NCBI RefSeq assembly: GCF_964213995.1
Contig: NC_135817.1
Location: 48,422,001-48,486,000 of the forward strand
Reading direction: 5' to 3'
Source: Mustelus asterias
Lineage: Eukaryota
DNA: 64,000 nucleotides
A model generated the notes under the pieces. It was not told where the DNA came from, did not search any database, and was given only the letters and a program-made list of their open reading frames with translations. Below are positions 25,440 to 39,389 of this stretch, piece after piece. The position numbers were made by a program, and so were the translations under genes. The number at the start of each line of letters is the position of its first letter. Within the stretch, counting starts at the first letter, position 1.

Positions 25440-27312
25440 TACAGTAGGACAGATCAATCACATATGGCAGCACTGGTATACAGTTGGGAGGGAATGGCTT
25501 TGCAAGTCCTCAATATCAGGCAAGGATACCTTGTGCTGATTAACACTTATACCCTCACTCAGCTGATGAATCAGTACCCTTTCATGTTGAACACTACCTG
25601 GAAGAAGCACTGAAGGTAGCAATGGCACTCTGTAAGGTATTGAACTCTCCCATCCAAAGAGTGACACGATAGCAGCACTACTGACCAAGCCCACAAGGAT
25701 ATATCTACCCGACTGAACCTGCTGCAGGTGATGAGAACCACCAAGAGAGAAAAATCCACCTGACCTTGTCCTAACCATCCACATATCCCAGATGCAGCCA
25801 TCTGTGTCAGCTTTGGTAGGAATGATCACTGCACAGTCCTTTTAGTGACAAAGTCTCACCTTCACACTGAGGAAACCCACCATCATGTTGTGTGGCACTA
25901 ACGCTGTGCTAAACTCTATCGATGTAGCAGCTCCATACTGGACATCCAAGGGGTGCTTTGGGCCATCAGCAGCAGAATTGTATTCAACCACAATCTGTAA
26001 GCTAATGGTCCGACATACCCTCACTCAACCACTATCATCAGGCCAGGGGACTAAACCTGGTTCAATGAAGACTGGAGAGCATGCCATGCATACCTAAAAA
26101 TGAGGTGCCAACCTGGTGAAGCTACAACAAAGGACTACATGCATGTCAACAGCAGAAGCAGCAGGCTATAGACAGAGTTAGTGTCATACAATACTGGCAG
26201 GGCCATTCTGCTCCAGACCACATTACAGCTTTAGTCCAAACATCGACAAAAGAGCTGAACTCAAAAAGGCAGGTGAGACTGACTGCCCTTGACATCAAGG
26301 AGCCCTAGCAAAACTGGAGTCAATGGGAATTAGAGGGAAACTTTCAGTTGGTTGTAGTCATACCTAGCACAAAGAAAATGACTGCAAGAGGTTCTCAGGG
26401 TAGTGTTCTAGCTTAGCTTTGTTCAGCTGAATCATCAATGCCCTTAACCCCCCCCCCACCATAAGGTCAGAAGTGTGGATGTTTGCTGATTTTTGCAGCA
26501 TTCACGAAAATTCGCAAATCCTCAGATTCTATAGTAGTTCATGCCCGCATGCAGCAAGACCTGGACAAATATCAGGCTTAGGCTGGTAAGTGGCAAGTAA
26601 TATTCACACCACAAGGATTTGACCATCTCCAACGAGAAAGAATCTAGCTATCTACCCATGCCATTCAATGACATTAGCATTGCTGAATCCCCCACCATCA
26701 ACATCCCAGGGAATTGCCACTGAGCAGAAGCTTAAACGGACCAGCCACCTAAGTATTATAGTTATAAGAGCAGGTCAGAGACTGGAATTTTGTGGTGAGT
26801 AACTCGCCTCCTAACTCTCCAAAGCCTGTCCACCATCTTCATGGCACAATTCAGGAGTGTGGTGGAACACTCTCCACTTGTCTGGATGAGTGCAGCTCCA
26901 ATAACACTCAAGAAGCTTGATGTTATTCAAGGCAACGCAGCCTGCTTGATCAGCACCCCATCCACTACCTTAAACATTCATTCCTTCACCACTGATGCAC
27001 AGTGGCTCCAATATACCACCTACAATACCATGCACTCCAGCAACTTGCCAAGGCTCCTTTGACAGCATCTTCCAAACTTGCAACTTCTACCACTTGGAAG
27101 AACAAAGGCAACAGATACATAGGAACACCAGAGCCTGCAAGTTCCTCTTCAAGTCAGACACCATCCTGACTTGGAAATATATCACCATTCCTACACTGTC
27201 CCTGGGTCAAAGTCCTGGAACTTCCTTCCGAACAACATTATGGGCGCATTTATACCACATGGACTGCAGCAGTTCAAGAAGATAGCTCACCACCACTTTC
27301 CCAAGGGCAATT
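25440..27312 (+). mobile_element. Decayed CR1/L2-group LINE
   Basis: ALDIK, MFAD, VVEHSPLVWMSAAP and SKSWNFLPN motifs. Confidence 0.8.
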
Positions 27313-27549
27313 ATATAGTGGAGAATAAATGGTTCAGTCTTACCAACATTCATCTGAAGGAAAGTGCACATCATCTAAGATTGTGTGTGGCATAAACAGA
27401 GTGACAACAGCGAGGCAATGAAATGGTTGAGACAAGTTATGGGATGATAGGTAATATTTATAATATGGCATTCATTCATTGTCTTGATTGGGAAAAGCTA
27501 TGATAGGCAATTAAGCAACTTGATGATAAAAGATGACTGAATAGACCTA

Positions 27550-27810
<261 letters not shown>

Positions 27811-27979
27811 TTAAAACAAACACAAAACTGACAAAAAATCTATCAAATACAATAACACAACAGTAAATGTAGGGAAATATAAGCAATTCTAAGCATTTTC
27901 ACTAATGTGCACTGCTTATGATTTCTACACAATCTGCTGATCAAAGGTTTAACATTTTCTATATCTTTAGATAGGAATC

Positions 27980-28680
27980 AGTAGCAATATTATATAGGGG
28001 AAGAATAGATAGAGGAGGAGGATCTGGCCCAATTTTCCAATGCTTCTTGAATATAGGAATGGTACTAGAAGATTGGAAAATTGCAAACACCCCTGTTTTA
28101 AATAGTGGAGAACGATAAACCCAGCAGCTGCAGGCCAATCAGCTGTATGCTGCTGGTGGGGAAATTTTGAGACACGATGATTTGGAACAAAATTAATCAG
28201 AATTTGAAAAAAATATGGGCTAATAATTGTAGGTTAACATGTATTTGTTAAAACTTAATTGATAAAGTAACAGAGGAGGTTGATGCGAGTATGATGTTGT
28301 GCTTATGGATGTTCAAAAAGCATGCACCAAAATGCCACATAATAGCTTTGTTAGTAAAATTAACATCCAGGGCAACACAATTACACAACTGACTAAGAAA
28401 CAAAGTAGACAGAAGTGAACAGTTATTTTTCAGACTGTAGGGAAATATATAGTGTGTTCTCCAGGGGTTAGGTTTGGTGCCAGTGCTCTTTATAATGCAT
28501 ATTAATGACCATGACTTGGGTATACAGGACATAATTTAAAAGTTTCAGATGGCACAAGTTGTGAAATGTGGTAATCAATGTGGAGGATAGCTACAGACTT
28601 AATGAGATTAATTGGGCAGCTTTACCAAAAAGCCAGCATAGACACAACGGACTAAATGACTTCATTCTGTTCTGCATCAT
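27980..28680 (+). mobile_element. Highly decayed CR1 fragment
   Basis: gaagattggaaaattgcaaa (EDWKIAN) and RT remnants. Confidence 0.6.
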
Positions 28681-28861
28681 TTTACGATCTGCAATATTCA
28701 GACAGCTGCTGACAATTCTACTCAGGCCAGTTATAGACTTTGTAACATAATTAACTGAAAAGTTAAATACTTCAACATACAAAATATTGAATGAGAAATG
28801 GATTGACTGCTAGTACTAAGCTATGGATACTATAAAATTTCTATGGAGTTGAACTATTCAC

Positions 28862-28897
28862 CTGTCGTCCTTTCGGTTGTGTAGTTGAGGGCAAGTC
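28862..28897 (-). CDS. CASK: CASK 36-nt exon (ex20 eq.), PDZ-SH3 linker
   Basis: DLPSTTQPKGRQ; acag|...|gtgaa; phase 0-0. Confidence 0.95.
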
Positions 28898-30739
28898 CTG
28901 TAGGATAAAGTCAACCCAAGGAAAAGAGATTTTCATTTCACCTTCAAAGCAAAACTTTGACAATTCTACCATATTTTGCATTTGTTATTTGTTTAATTAC
29001 TGCAAAAGATTATGATACAATCAGGTGTTATAAGCATCAATTTGCATAATGCGTCAAGCCATTACATAAAATGATTTAACGAATAACTGGGCCAGGCTGC
29101 TTAGCAACAAGCTGTAGAAAGCAGTTACCAGCTGTGAATAGTAGTGCCCCACTCCCATTGCGTAATCTACATCTTCAACACAAGTTTACAACTGAGCTGC
29201 AGTAACAGTGTAGTAAATGTTCAATACAATGTACTCTAGATACTTTAATTATGAATAAACACAGTTACTGCTTTGAAGCATATATTGTTCTAATCAAGTC
29301 AGAGAAGGATTTAGGCTGTGTAAATCAAATTTACTAAATGCTAAATGGGTAATTTTGATTCAGATATTGAGTTGTGTTACTACATTATTTAAGTTATTTC
29401 TCCAGAATATTACCTATTCACTAACTTTAAATACATTTAATTCACCACCATCCTTGTAAATTATTTGTTCATATTTCCATTAGTTTCCTTTCCCATGCAC
29501 TCTCCTCCAACTGAACGTGTAGGCAGATGCCCGTTTTTCGACTTCTCCCAATGCTATTCCTGGATTGGCCATAAGAAGGAAAATGAGTGTGACAAGAATT
29601 AATTTGTCTTTCAATTTCTTCCCCGTGAATGTGTTGTATTGACAAGATCTAGATTCATACATCTTGCACTTTAGTGCTCCCGGGTTATGGAGGGGAAAAT
29701 TATCCACAGCTTACATATTCCCGATTACTATCCAGGATATTGAGTAGGACAGGATCAAATTCAGGTGTGTTTCCCTCCATGCAGGAATAAGCCTGCTGAT
29801 GTTCTTTGTCTATATTCACACAGAAACATTATCCAGTTGGGTGATGGTCACTGTGGAACAGGAACTGAGCAAGGAAAACTGGCAGAACATAGGAGGGTGA
29901 AAAAAGTTTGTAAATTGACAATATCTCACTGACCATAGGAGTAAGGAAGAAACAGTAACATCCTAGTTATTTTGTTAAAATCATTACCTGATCTCTCAAA
30001 TGTGTTCTTATAGTCCTGCAGAGCCCTGTTTGCCAATTGTACAAATTTAGTTAAAGAATTACTTTATGTTCCCTTTTTTTCAGGTAGAATAAATTATGAA
30101 CATTTTGCAATAAATAACGTACGATTGATGTTCTTCCAGGAAAGCTCAATGCTGGTAAGATTAGAACTTGTGTTGAAAATGTACTAACAATTCCATATTC
30201 ATCATTACTAATAGACAAAAAAATTATCTGTAGCATTGAATTGCCAGGCCAGGCTTCAGCTTCACATCGTAATGTGCATGTACCACGGCAGCAGTGGGCA
30301 CACCAATTTGAGAACTCAGATAGCGGAAACCAAACCATAATTCTCAGAGCTCTCGTGTGAACCATGCGTTTAAAGACTTTGCTGTGATGCTGCACCAACT
30401 TTCAATTGGGCACCACCATTACACAAATTATTTCTCTTCACTTCTCCTCTGCCCTTTTTCATAAACAATCTAAGTGTAAAGGAATCTTTCCAGTTATTGA
30501 TTGTGCCAATGCAATTTGGTAGCAAGATGCATTGGTAACCGATCCACAGCTGAAAACTGGTCTTCATAAATCACCAGGGAACAAATGATATTGCCAATGG
30601 CTTCTTTGCACTTGATGTTAAAAACTGGCAGGACTTTACTGTAAGAAATATTCTCTGGTACAAAGGTACTGGTCAACACTAAAACAATTACACCACTGGC
30701 AACAGAACTTTGGATTTGTGTTGTAAATGGAAGCCTTAC

Positions 30740-30808
30740 CGAAACAGAATTATAAGTGCTGCTATAGCCGTTAGCTGGGGATTGTCTGGATGTGGAAGGG
30801 GAATCTCT
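30740..30808 (-). CDS. CASK: CASK exon (ex19 eq.), PDZ-SH3 linker; cassette exon in mammals
   Basis: RDSPSTSRQSPANGYSSTYNSVS; gcag|...|gtaag; 69 nt, phase 0-0. Confidence 0.95.
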
Positions 30809-31984
30809 CTGCAACGAGACAGAAGGTTCAGTAGCACCTTATATACACAACTGCAAACACGTCAGAATTTTACACACTGTTTTAAAGAACAGATTGAGGC
30901 CCAATTCAATTGTTTCTAAACAGGAATCATTTGCTCATTTTTTTTCCATGTATGTTAGTTGCATGTAATAGAATAAAACTTTTGGTTGCGATTTTAAAAA
31001 TACATTTAGAATTGAATAGCTGCCAAGTAATGTTTCCCATTCACTGTTGTATTAAATTAAAAGCAAGTATAATGTGTAAAACGTTTAGAGGGCTTTATAG
31101 GGTTGCAACTGGGATGCTTGTGTGCCTGGTTGGAGAGTCCAGAACTAGCGGTCATGAGTCCCAGGAGAAGGGATCAATTACTCAGGACTTGGGAGGGGAG
31201 GAATTAATTGACTCAGTGTTGTGAATCTTTGAAATTGACTATCAAAGAGGGTTATGGAAACTCAGTCATGGGACACATTCAATGAATTTTTGGACACCAA
31301 GGGAATCAAGTGGTATGGGAAGTGCTGTTAAGATAGAAGATTGGATTTTATTGAATGACAGAGCAGGCTCAAGAGGCCATGTGGATTATTAATGCTCCTA
31401 TTTTGTATGTTCTTAGTTAAACAGGGATCAAATCTGCATTCAGATATGGAGCAGAAATACATTTACAATATTTCAGAAAGATGAAATCAGGTTACTAGTT
31501 CTCATGCCAATTCTTCTATACCAGGAAATGGTGGCAAAGAATTTCTATCATATCTAGCATACAACATTAAGTTCAAAGGCTAAAAACTGATGAATAATAA
31601 AACGGAGAGTTATTTTAATACCAAATCCAAGTTGGAATATCAAAAGTGACTGATACAAAAATCGAATTTCTCAAATCCTGATATGAAACTTGCTCTATGT
31701 TATATTTTCCCCTTTTCCAAGCTTTTTCTTTCGAGTCATGCATATCGGAGGTGGTTTTACAGCGTTCATTTTTAAAAAAGTTTATAATTTATTTTGGAAT
31801 GGGAATACGAGTTCTCCTGCTGGCCTTCTGAGTTTATAGAGTGAGTGGTTAAACCATACAGATCAGGAAGTTCCCAAGTTTGACTTCCAGACTGTGCTGA
31901 GTAAACTGATCTTAGCATAAGGGACCTGCTAGATCCCAGCACTGAGTCAGGAATGGAAAAACTGGCCAGAGGTTGTGCTCCTAT

Positions 31985-34900
31985 TTGCTATCCAAATGCT
32001 CTTCAAATCCCACCGTGGCAGCTTGTGGAATATGAATTCAATTAATAAATCTGGAATATAAAGCTGGTCTCAGTAACTGTGATCATGAAACTATCACTGA
32101 TGGTCTTAAAACCCATCTGGTTGACCAATGCCCTTTAGGAAAGGAAATCTGCTATCATTATCTGGCCAGACCTAGTCTGACGTGTGTGACTCCAGACCCA
32201 CAGAAATGGAATTGACTTTTAACTGCCCTCTGAAATGGCCCAGCAAGCCACTGAGATCTATCAAACCATTACAAACTCCAAAATGAATGAAACCGGATGG
32301 ACCACCTGGCATCAACCTAGGCACCAAAAAGAACAACAGTAAATCCAGCCCTATTGACCCTACAAAGTTTTCCTTATTAACATGTGGGGCCTTGTACCAA
32401 AATTGGGAGAGCTGTCCCACAGACTAGTGATCAAAAGCCTGACATAGTTATACCACCAAATCATGCCTTACAATGTCCCACTCACCACTATCTTTGGATA
32501 TATAATTTCCCACTGTCAGGACAGATCCAGTAGAGTGGTGGCAGGGGGTATACAGATGGGAGAGACTTGCCCTGGAGTCTTCAGCATTAACCCCGGTCCC
32601 ATGAGGTCTCATGGCATTGTCAAACATGGGCAAGAAAACCTCCTGCTGATTACCACCTACCATGCCCCTTCAGCTGATGAATCAATACTCCTCCATGTTG
32701 AATAGCAATTGGAAGAAGCATCGAGGGTGGCAGGTGCACATTATGACCTCTGGGTTGGGGACTATCACCAAGAGTGGTTTGGCAGCAGAACTACTGACCG
32801 AGTTGCCAGGTCCTAAAGGAAATAGCTGCTAGACTGTGTCTGTTAATGGTGATGAGGGAACGAACAAGATCTTGTCCTCACTAATCTACCTGTCTACGAC
32901 AGCTTTGTCAAGAGTGACCACCAAACAGTCCAGGTGGAGACAAAGTTCCCTCTTCACATTGAGGATCATGTTGAGTGGCATTGCCATCATACTAAATGGG
33001 ATAGATTTTGAACAGATCCGGCAAATCAAAACTGGATATCCATGAGGCACTGTATGCCATCAGCAACAGCAGAATTGTATTCAATCAATCGGTAACCTCA
33101 TGACCTGCCATGTCCCCCCCACTACACTATTACCATTAAGCTGGGGGATCAAACCTGGTTCAAAGAGTGCAGGAGGGCATGCTAGGAGCAGCATCTAGCA
33201 TACTTAAAAATGAGGCATTGACCAGATAAAGCTGCTACAACACAGGATTACTTGTGTGCAAAGTAGCAGAGCTGCATGTGACAGACAGTGCTAAGTGATC
33301 CCACAATCAACAGATCAGATCCAAGCTTTGTACTTCTGCCACATGCAGTTATGAATGGTAGTGGGCAATTAAACTAAAAGGAGGAGGAGGCTCCACAAAT
33401 ATCCCATCTGGGGGGTGGTACGGTGGCACAGTGATTAGCACTGCTGCCTCTCAGTGCTGGGGACCCAGGTTCGATTCCCGGTTTGAGTCACTGTCTGTGT
33501 GGAGCTTGCACATTCTCCCTGTGTCTGCATGGATTTCCTCCCACAGTCCAAAGATGTGCGGGTTAGGTGGATTGGCCATGCTAAATTGCTCTTTAGTGTC
33601 AGGGGGACTAGATAGGGTAAATGCATGGGGTTACGGGGATAGGGCCTAGGTGGGATTGTGGTCAGTGCAGACTCAATGGGCTGAATGGCCTCCTTCTGCA
33701 CTGTAGGATTCTACGATTCATTGATGGAGAGCCCAGAACATCAGTGTAAAAGAGAAGGATGAAACATTTAGCCAGAAGTGCCGAGTGGATGATCCATCTT
33801 GGCCTCCTCCAAGGTTCTCAGAATCTCAGATGCCAGTCTTCAGCCAATTCGATTCACTCCATCTGATATTAAGAAATGACTGAAGGCAATGAATGGAGCA
33901 AAAACTATGGACCTCGACAACGTTCCAGCAATAGTACTGAACATTTTCCAAACCATGCCGCACTCCGAGCCAAGCTGTTCCAGTTCAGCTACAACACTGG
34001 CCTCTATCTGGCAATGCGGAAGATTGCCTAGGTATGCCTGTACACAAAAAGTAGGACATATCCAGCTCAGGCAATTGCTGCCCCATCACTCTTCTATCAA
34101 TCAGCAGCGAAGTGATTGAGAGGTCACAACAATTGCTTGTGTTATCAATTATTACATATTAATAACCTGCTCACTGATGCTCAGTTTGGGTTCCACCAGG
34201 TCAACTCAGGTCCTGACCTCATTACAGGCTTGGTCCAAACATGGACGAAAATGCTGAACTCAAGAGATAAGGTGAGATTAACTGCCCTTGACATCAAGGC
34301 AGCATTTGACCAAGTGTGGCAACAAGGAACCCTGGTAAAACTGAATTCAATGGGAATCAGGAGGAGAAAACTCCGCTGGTTGGAGTCATGCCTAACACAA
34401 AGGAAGGTGGTTATGGTTGTTGGAGGTCAATAATTTCAGTCCCAGGACATAGCTGCCGGAGTTCCTCAGGGCAGTGTCCTAGGCCCAGCCATCTTCAGCT
34501 GCTGCATCAATAATCTTCCCACCAACATAAGGTCAGAAAAAGGGACATTCACTGATAATTGCACAATGTTCAGTATTATTTACGACTCCTCAGATACTGA
34601 AGCAGTCTGTGTCCAAGACTTGGACAATATTCTGGCTTGGACTGATAAGTGGCAAAGATGTGCAGGTTAGGTGGATTGGCCATGCTAAATTTCCCCTTAG
34701 TGTCAGGGGGACACTAATTTGTGTCACACAAGTGTCAGGCAATGAGTTTTTCCAATAAGATAGAATCTAACCATCGTGCCATGACATTCAATGGCAGTGC
34801 CATTATTGAAAGCCTCACTATCAACATTCTGGAAGTTACCACTGACGACGAAGTGAACTGTGCTAGCCATATACTGTGGCTTCAAAAACAGGTCAGAAGT

Positions 34901-35410
34901 TGGAAGTTCTGTGGTGAGTAACTCGCTCCCAATTCCCCAAACCCTGTCCATCATCTACAAAGCACAAGGAAAGAATGTAATGGGATACTTTCCACTTGCC
35001 TGGATGGAGCAGCTTCAACAACACTTAAGAGGCTTGATACCATCCAGGACAAAAACAATCTACAAGATGTATTGCAACAACTCCGCAAGGCTCCTTCAAC
35101 AGCATCTTTCAAACCCGTGACCTCTGCCACCAGGAATGACAAGAGCAGCAGATGCATCGGAATACCACCATTTGCAAGTTCCGCCTGAAGCCACTCACCT
35201 GGAACTATATTGCCATCCCTTCAGTGTCATTGGATCTAAACTGTGGAATTCTCTTCCTAATAGCATTATGGGTGTATCTAAACCACATGGACTGCAGTGG
35301 TTTAAGACTGCAGTTCACCATCATCAACTTGAGGGCAAAGAGGGATGGGCAGTAAATGTTGGCCTGGACAGAGATGCCCCATGTTTCGTGAATGCATGAA
35401 TAAATAAAAA
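31985..35410 (+). mobile_element. Near full-span decayed CR1/L2-group LINE with nested SINEs
   Basis: EN-like LLITTYHAPSADES; RT ALDIKAAFDQVWQQG and GVPQGSVLGP; SKLWNSLPN; A-rich tail near 35400. Confidence 0.85.
33412..33717 (+). mobile_element. V-SINE/HE1-like SINE
   Basis: ggtggcacagtgattagcactgctgcc head, ggttcgattccc B-box. Confidence 0.85.
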
Positions 35411-36194
35411 ATACACTTTTATATTTGGGGTTTCTGCAATTTGGGTGTGGGGAAAGAGATGTCTGTGTGCTGGCTCCCTGTGTTTACATTATTAAGACTG
35501 GTTTCCTTGACTGTTGGGAGAATAAATAGACCCACAAAAAAATGTGGTGATTTAGGCTTTGAACAAAAGTGATAAACATACAGGTGCCTCTAAAAATATC
35601 TGCACCAGAAAAACTAGAAGAGCAATAATGTTTAATCTCATGTGGTCCTTTCCATCTTCACCTATCTCCCCATCCAATAAAAGGTTGCATCTGTTTGCAT
35701 TACACTTTCTCTTTTGTTATTTCAATTTTGCTTTTAAAATATCAATACAACCATTGTAGTTGCTGTACTAACTGAAGTACAGTGACACAATCCTGGTACA
35801 ATTTCTGGGAATCTGGGTAAATTCTAAAATCTGAAAAGATCAAGGTAGTCTGGAACATCAGGACTGAACAGTGATGTGATTATCAAATGGGAAGGCAGAT
35901 GAAACTGCAGGAACTTGATGGGTTTAAACATTTTTGTTCTTTTAATTATTCTAGTCTTGAAACAGAGCCAAAACATTCATGTTCTGATGCAGTACTGATG
36001 TAGCACTCATTTTCTACCACCAGAGGTAGCTAGTGAACTAAGCAAACATTTCAGGAAACTCCAGCTAGAGTTTGCAATCAATCCTGTTGGCTATTTTAAT
36101 AGGATTCAGAGCCCAGAAATTCTAGGATTTTGAAACTAAAGTAAAGTAAAAATGAAGTTTCCCCAATCATAAAAGCACTAGCTCTGTTCAGTTG

Positions 36195-36550
36195 GCAACA
36201 GTCCATCTAGCCTGTGTGTCAGAAGGTTCAAAGTGGGTTGAAGTCTCATTCCAGGACTTGAGGACAAAAATGTAGACACACGCTCTAGTGGAGTACTGTC
36301 AGAGGTGCCGTCTTATAGGTAAGATGTTAAATTAAGGGCTTGTCAGCCCACTCAAGTAGACATGAAAGATTCTATGACAATATTTTGAAGAGTAGGAGAG
36401 TCAGTATTTATCCCTCAATCAATACTCTGATCATGACTCTTATGCTGTTTGAGAGAGCTTGTGCACAAAAGTACTTAAATAGCTGGAAAACAATTTGGTA
36501 TGTCCTGAAGTCACTAAAGGTGCTATATAAATGTAATGCTTTATTTTCTT
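36195..36550 (+). mobile_element. DeuSINE/SacSINE1-like SINE
   Basis: agaggtgccgtctt...agatgttaaa Deu-domain-like motif; L2-like tail gtgctatataaatg. Confidence 0.6.
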
Positions 36551-36954
36551 GAAAATCACTCGATGCAATTCTTTTGATGTTACCCATAGTGATTGAGAGT
36601 GATAGTGTTGCAGGTAAGTAGAAGACCGGAGGAGCCAAACTGAAGACGTTAGAGAGGGTGGAGAGAGGCAGAAGTAAAAGGGATGAAAATGGAAAAGGTT
36701 GGAAACACTCAGAAGTTAGGCAGCATAGATGATGAGAGAAAGAGAATTAATATTTCAGGTCCCTCTGTTCTAATGGATGGTCATAGTGTTCTCTCGCCAC
36801 AAATGCAGTGTTTCTGATTTCCAAAATTCACTGTATTTTGCTTTTGTTTTTGAGGTGAGAGTGTGGTTGAGGTCATCAGAGAGGTTATATTTTACATTCC
36901 ATTCATTGCATATTTGAAGATTTCTCATTGCTGATTTGAGGACCTGTTTGCTAG

Positions 36955-37290
36955 GTGATGGCTGGGTGATATTATCGCTAGACTATTAATCCAGAAACTC
37001 ATGTAATGCTCTGGGGACCTGGGTTCGAATCCCGCAGATGATGGAATTTGAATTCATCAAAACTAATTAAGAATCTACTGATGATCATGAAACCATTGTC
37101 GATTGTTGGAAAAACCCATCTGGTTCACTAATGTCCTTTAGGGAAGGAAATCTGCTGTTCTTACCTGGTCTGGCCTACATGTGACTCCCAGAGCCACAGT
37201 GGACTCTCTGAAATGGCCTAGCAAGCCACTCAGTTCCAGAGCAACTGGCCAGCCAGTGACACCCATGTCTCACAAATGAATTTAAAAAAA
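36955..37290 (+). mobile_element. tRNA-derived SINE
   Basis: gggttcgaatccc B-box; shared core aaaacccatctggttcactaatgtcctttagggaagg. Confidence 0.8.
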
Positions 37291-37860
37291 AACTTGCATC
37301 ATTGACCTGTACCCATGAAGAAATGGCTGGAGTCAAACCAAATTCATTTCATACAGGATGTTGAAATATAGCAGGCTGATACAAAGCATACTCAAATGCA
37401 GGTCATTGAGGTGTTGTTTCATGGTGCATATAGTCTAGAGACACATATAAAATAATATAGTTCATGTAACCTTAGTCACTGGATAATTGGCAAAGTTTAC
37501 CCTGTCCATGTCGGAATTGTATCTATGTATTAAAATCCTCGAGTTGGTAGCGCAGTCATGCCCCCCTCGTCTCTGAGGCATATATTGAAATCTACAGATA
37601 ATGCTTGTTCCAGAGGAGGCAGTGTAACCTTCTGCAGCCTGTCACAACAAACAAAGCTAAAAGACATATTTTGTTTAACTGTGAGCAAAGCCACAGGAGA
37701 TTTACTAGTTAGTAATTACAGGTATAGCCAATATAAAATAGAAAATAAATTAATTTGGATCAAAGGAATTTATGGAGTTCCATTCAAGTAAACACCTAAC
37801 CACTGACACAATCCAAATTCACCTGTATTTTCAATTAGCAAAAAATCAAAACTTTTTTAC

Positions 37861-38159
<299 letters not shown>

Positions 38160-38257
38160 CTAGTCTGGCATTTAAACATTACCTGCAAGTTGAAACGACT
38201 ACGTTTTAGCAACCTAGGTTGTGCTGTACAGTTCCACAACAAAGTTTTATGTTTTTT

Positions 38258-39232
38258 TAATTCATTCATGGGACGTGGGCTTCATTGGCCACCTGTAACT
38301 GCCCTTGAGAACGTGGTGGTGAACTGCCTTCTTGAACTGCTGCAGTCTATGTGGTGCAAGTATACCCACAGTGCAATTAGGGAGGGAATTCCAGGATTTT
38401 GACCCAGCAACAGTTAAGGAACGGCGTTGGCGTTCCCATAGATCTGCTGCCCCCGTCCTTCTAGATGGTAGTGGTTGTGGATTTGGAAGGTACTGTAGAA
38501 GGAGTCTTGGTGAGTTCCGGCAGTACATCTTGTAGATGGTACAGACTGCTGCCAATGTGTGTTGGTGATGGAGGGAGTGAATGTTTGTGGAAGGGATGTC
38601 AATTAAATGGGCTGCTGTGTCCTGGATGATGTTGAGCTTCTTCAATGTTGTTGGAGCTGCACTCACCCAGGTAAAAGGAGAGTATTCCATCACATTTCTG
38701 CCTTGTGCCTTGAAGATTGTGGATAGGCTTTGGCAGGTCAGGAGCTGAGTTACTCGCTGTCGGATTCCTAGCCTCTGATCCGTTCTTGTAGTCACAGTAT
38801 TTATATGGCTAGTCCAGTTCAGTTTCTGGTCAATGGTAACCCCTAAGATGTTGATATTGGGGGATTCAACAGTGTCATTGAATGTCAAGGGGAGATGGTT
38901 AGATTCTCTCTTGTTGGAGATGGTCATTGTCTTGCACAAATGTTACTTCCACTTCTCAGCCCAAGCCTTGATATTGTCCAGGTCTTGCTGCATTTGGACA
39001 ATCTGAGTATCCGAGGAGTTGCAAATGGTGTTGAACATTCTTCAATCATCAGCGAACGTCTCCATTTCTGATCTTATGATGGAAGGAATGTAATTGATGA
39101 AGCAGCTGAAGATGGTTAGGCCAAGGACACTACACTGAGGAACTCCTTGCAGTGGAATTCTGGAGCTGAGATGGTTGACCTCCGACAACCTCAGGCATCT
39201 TCCCTTGTGCTAGGTCTGACTGCAACCAGCAG
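38258..39232 (-). mobile_element. CR1/L2-group LINE 3' fragment
   Basis: ORF 38262-38939 (NILGVTIDQKLNWTSHI...EYSPFTW...KSWNSLPN). Confidence 0.88.
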
Positions 39233-39389
39233 AGAGACTCCCTCCCTGCCTCCCAATACTCCTGCTGAGGTCAAACCAGTGTTTTATAAAAGTTTTGTCA
39301 TAACTGTCCACCTTTCGTACTGTCAAGGTGAACAACCAGAGAACATAGCCCATATCAGTATCATCCGGGATGGGATACTGCATGTAGAT

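Noticed and set aside
29989-30030. Small exon-like segment ctgcag|gactat...gatcag|gtaatg between ex19 and ex20
   Set aside because: Good donor, but the 28-nt form is out of frame, the 38-nt form contains a stop, and the pyrimidine tract is poor; not supportable without RNA data.
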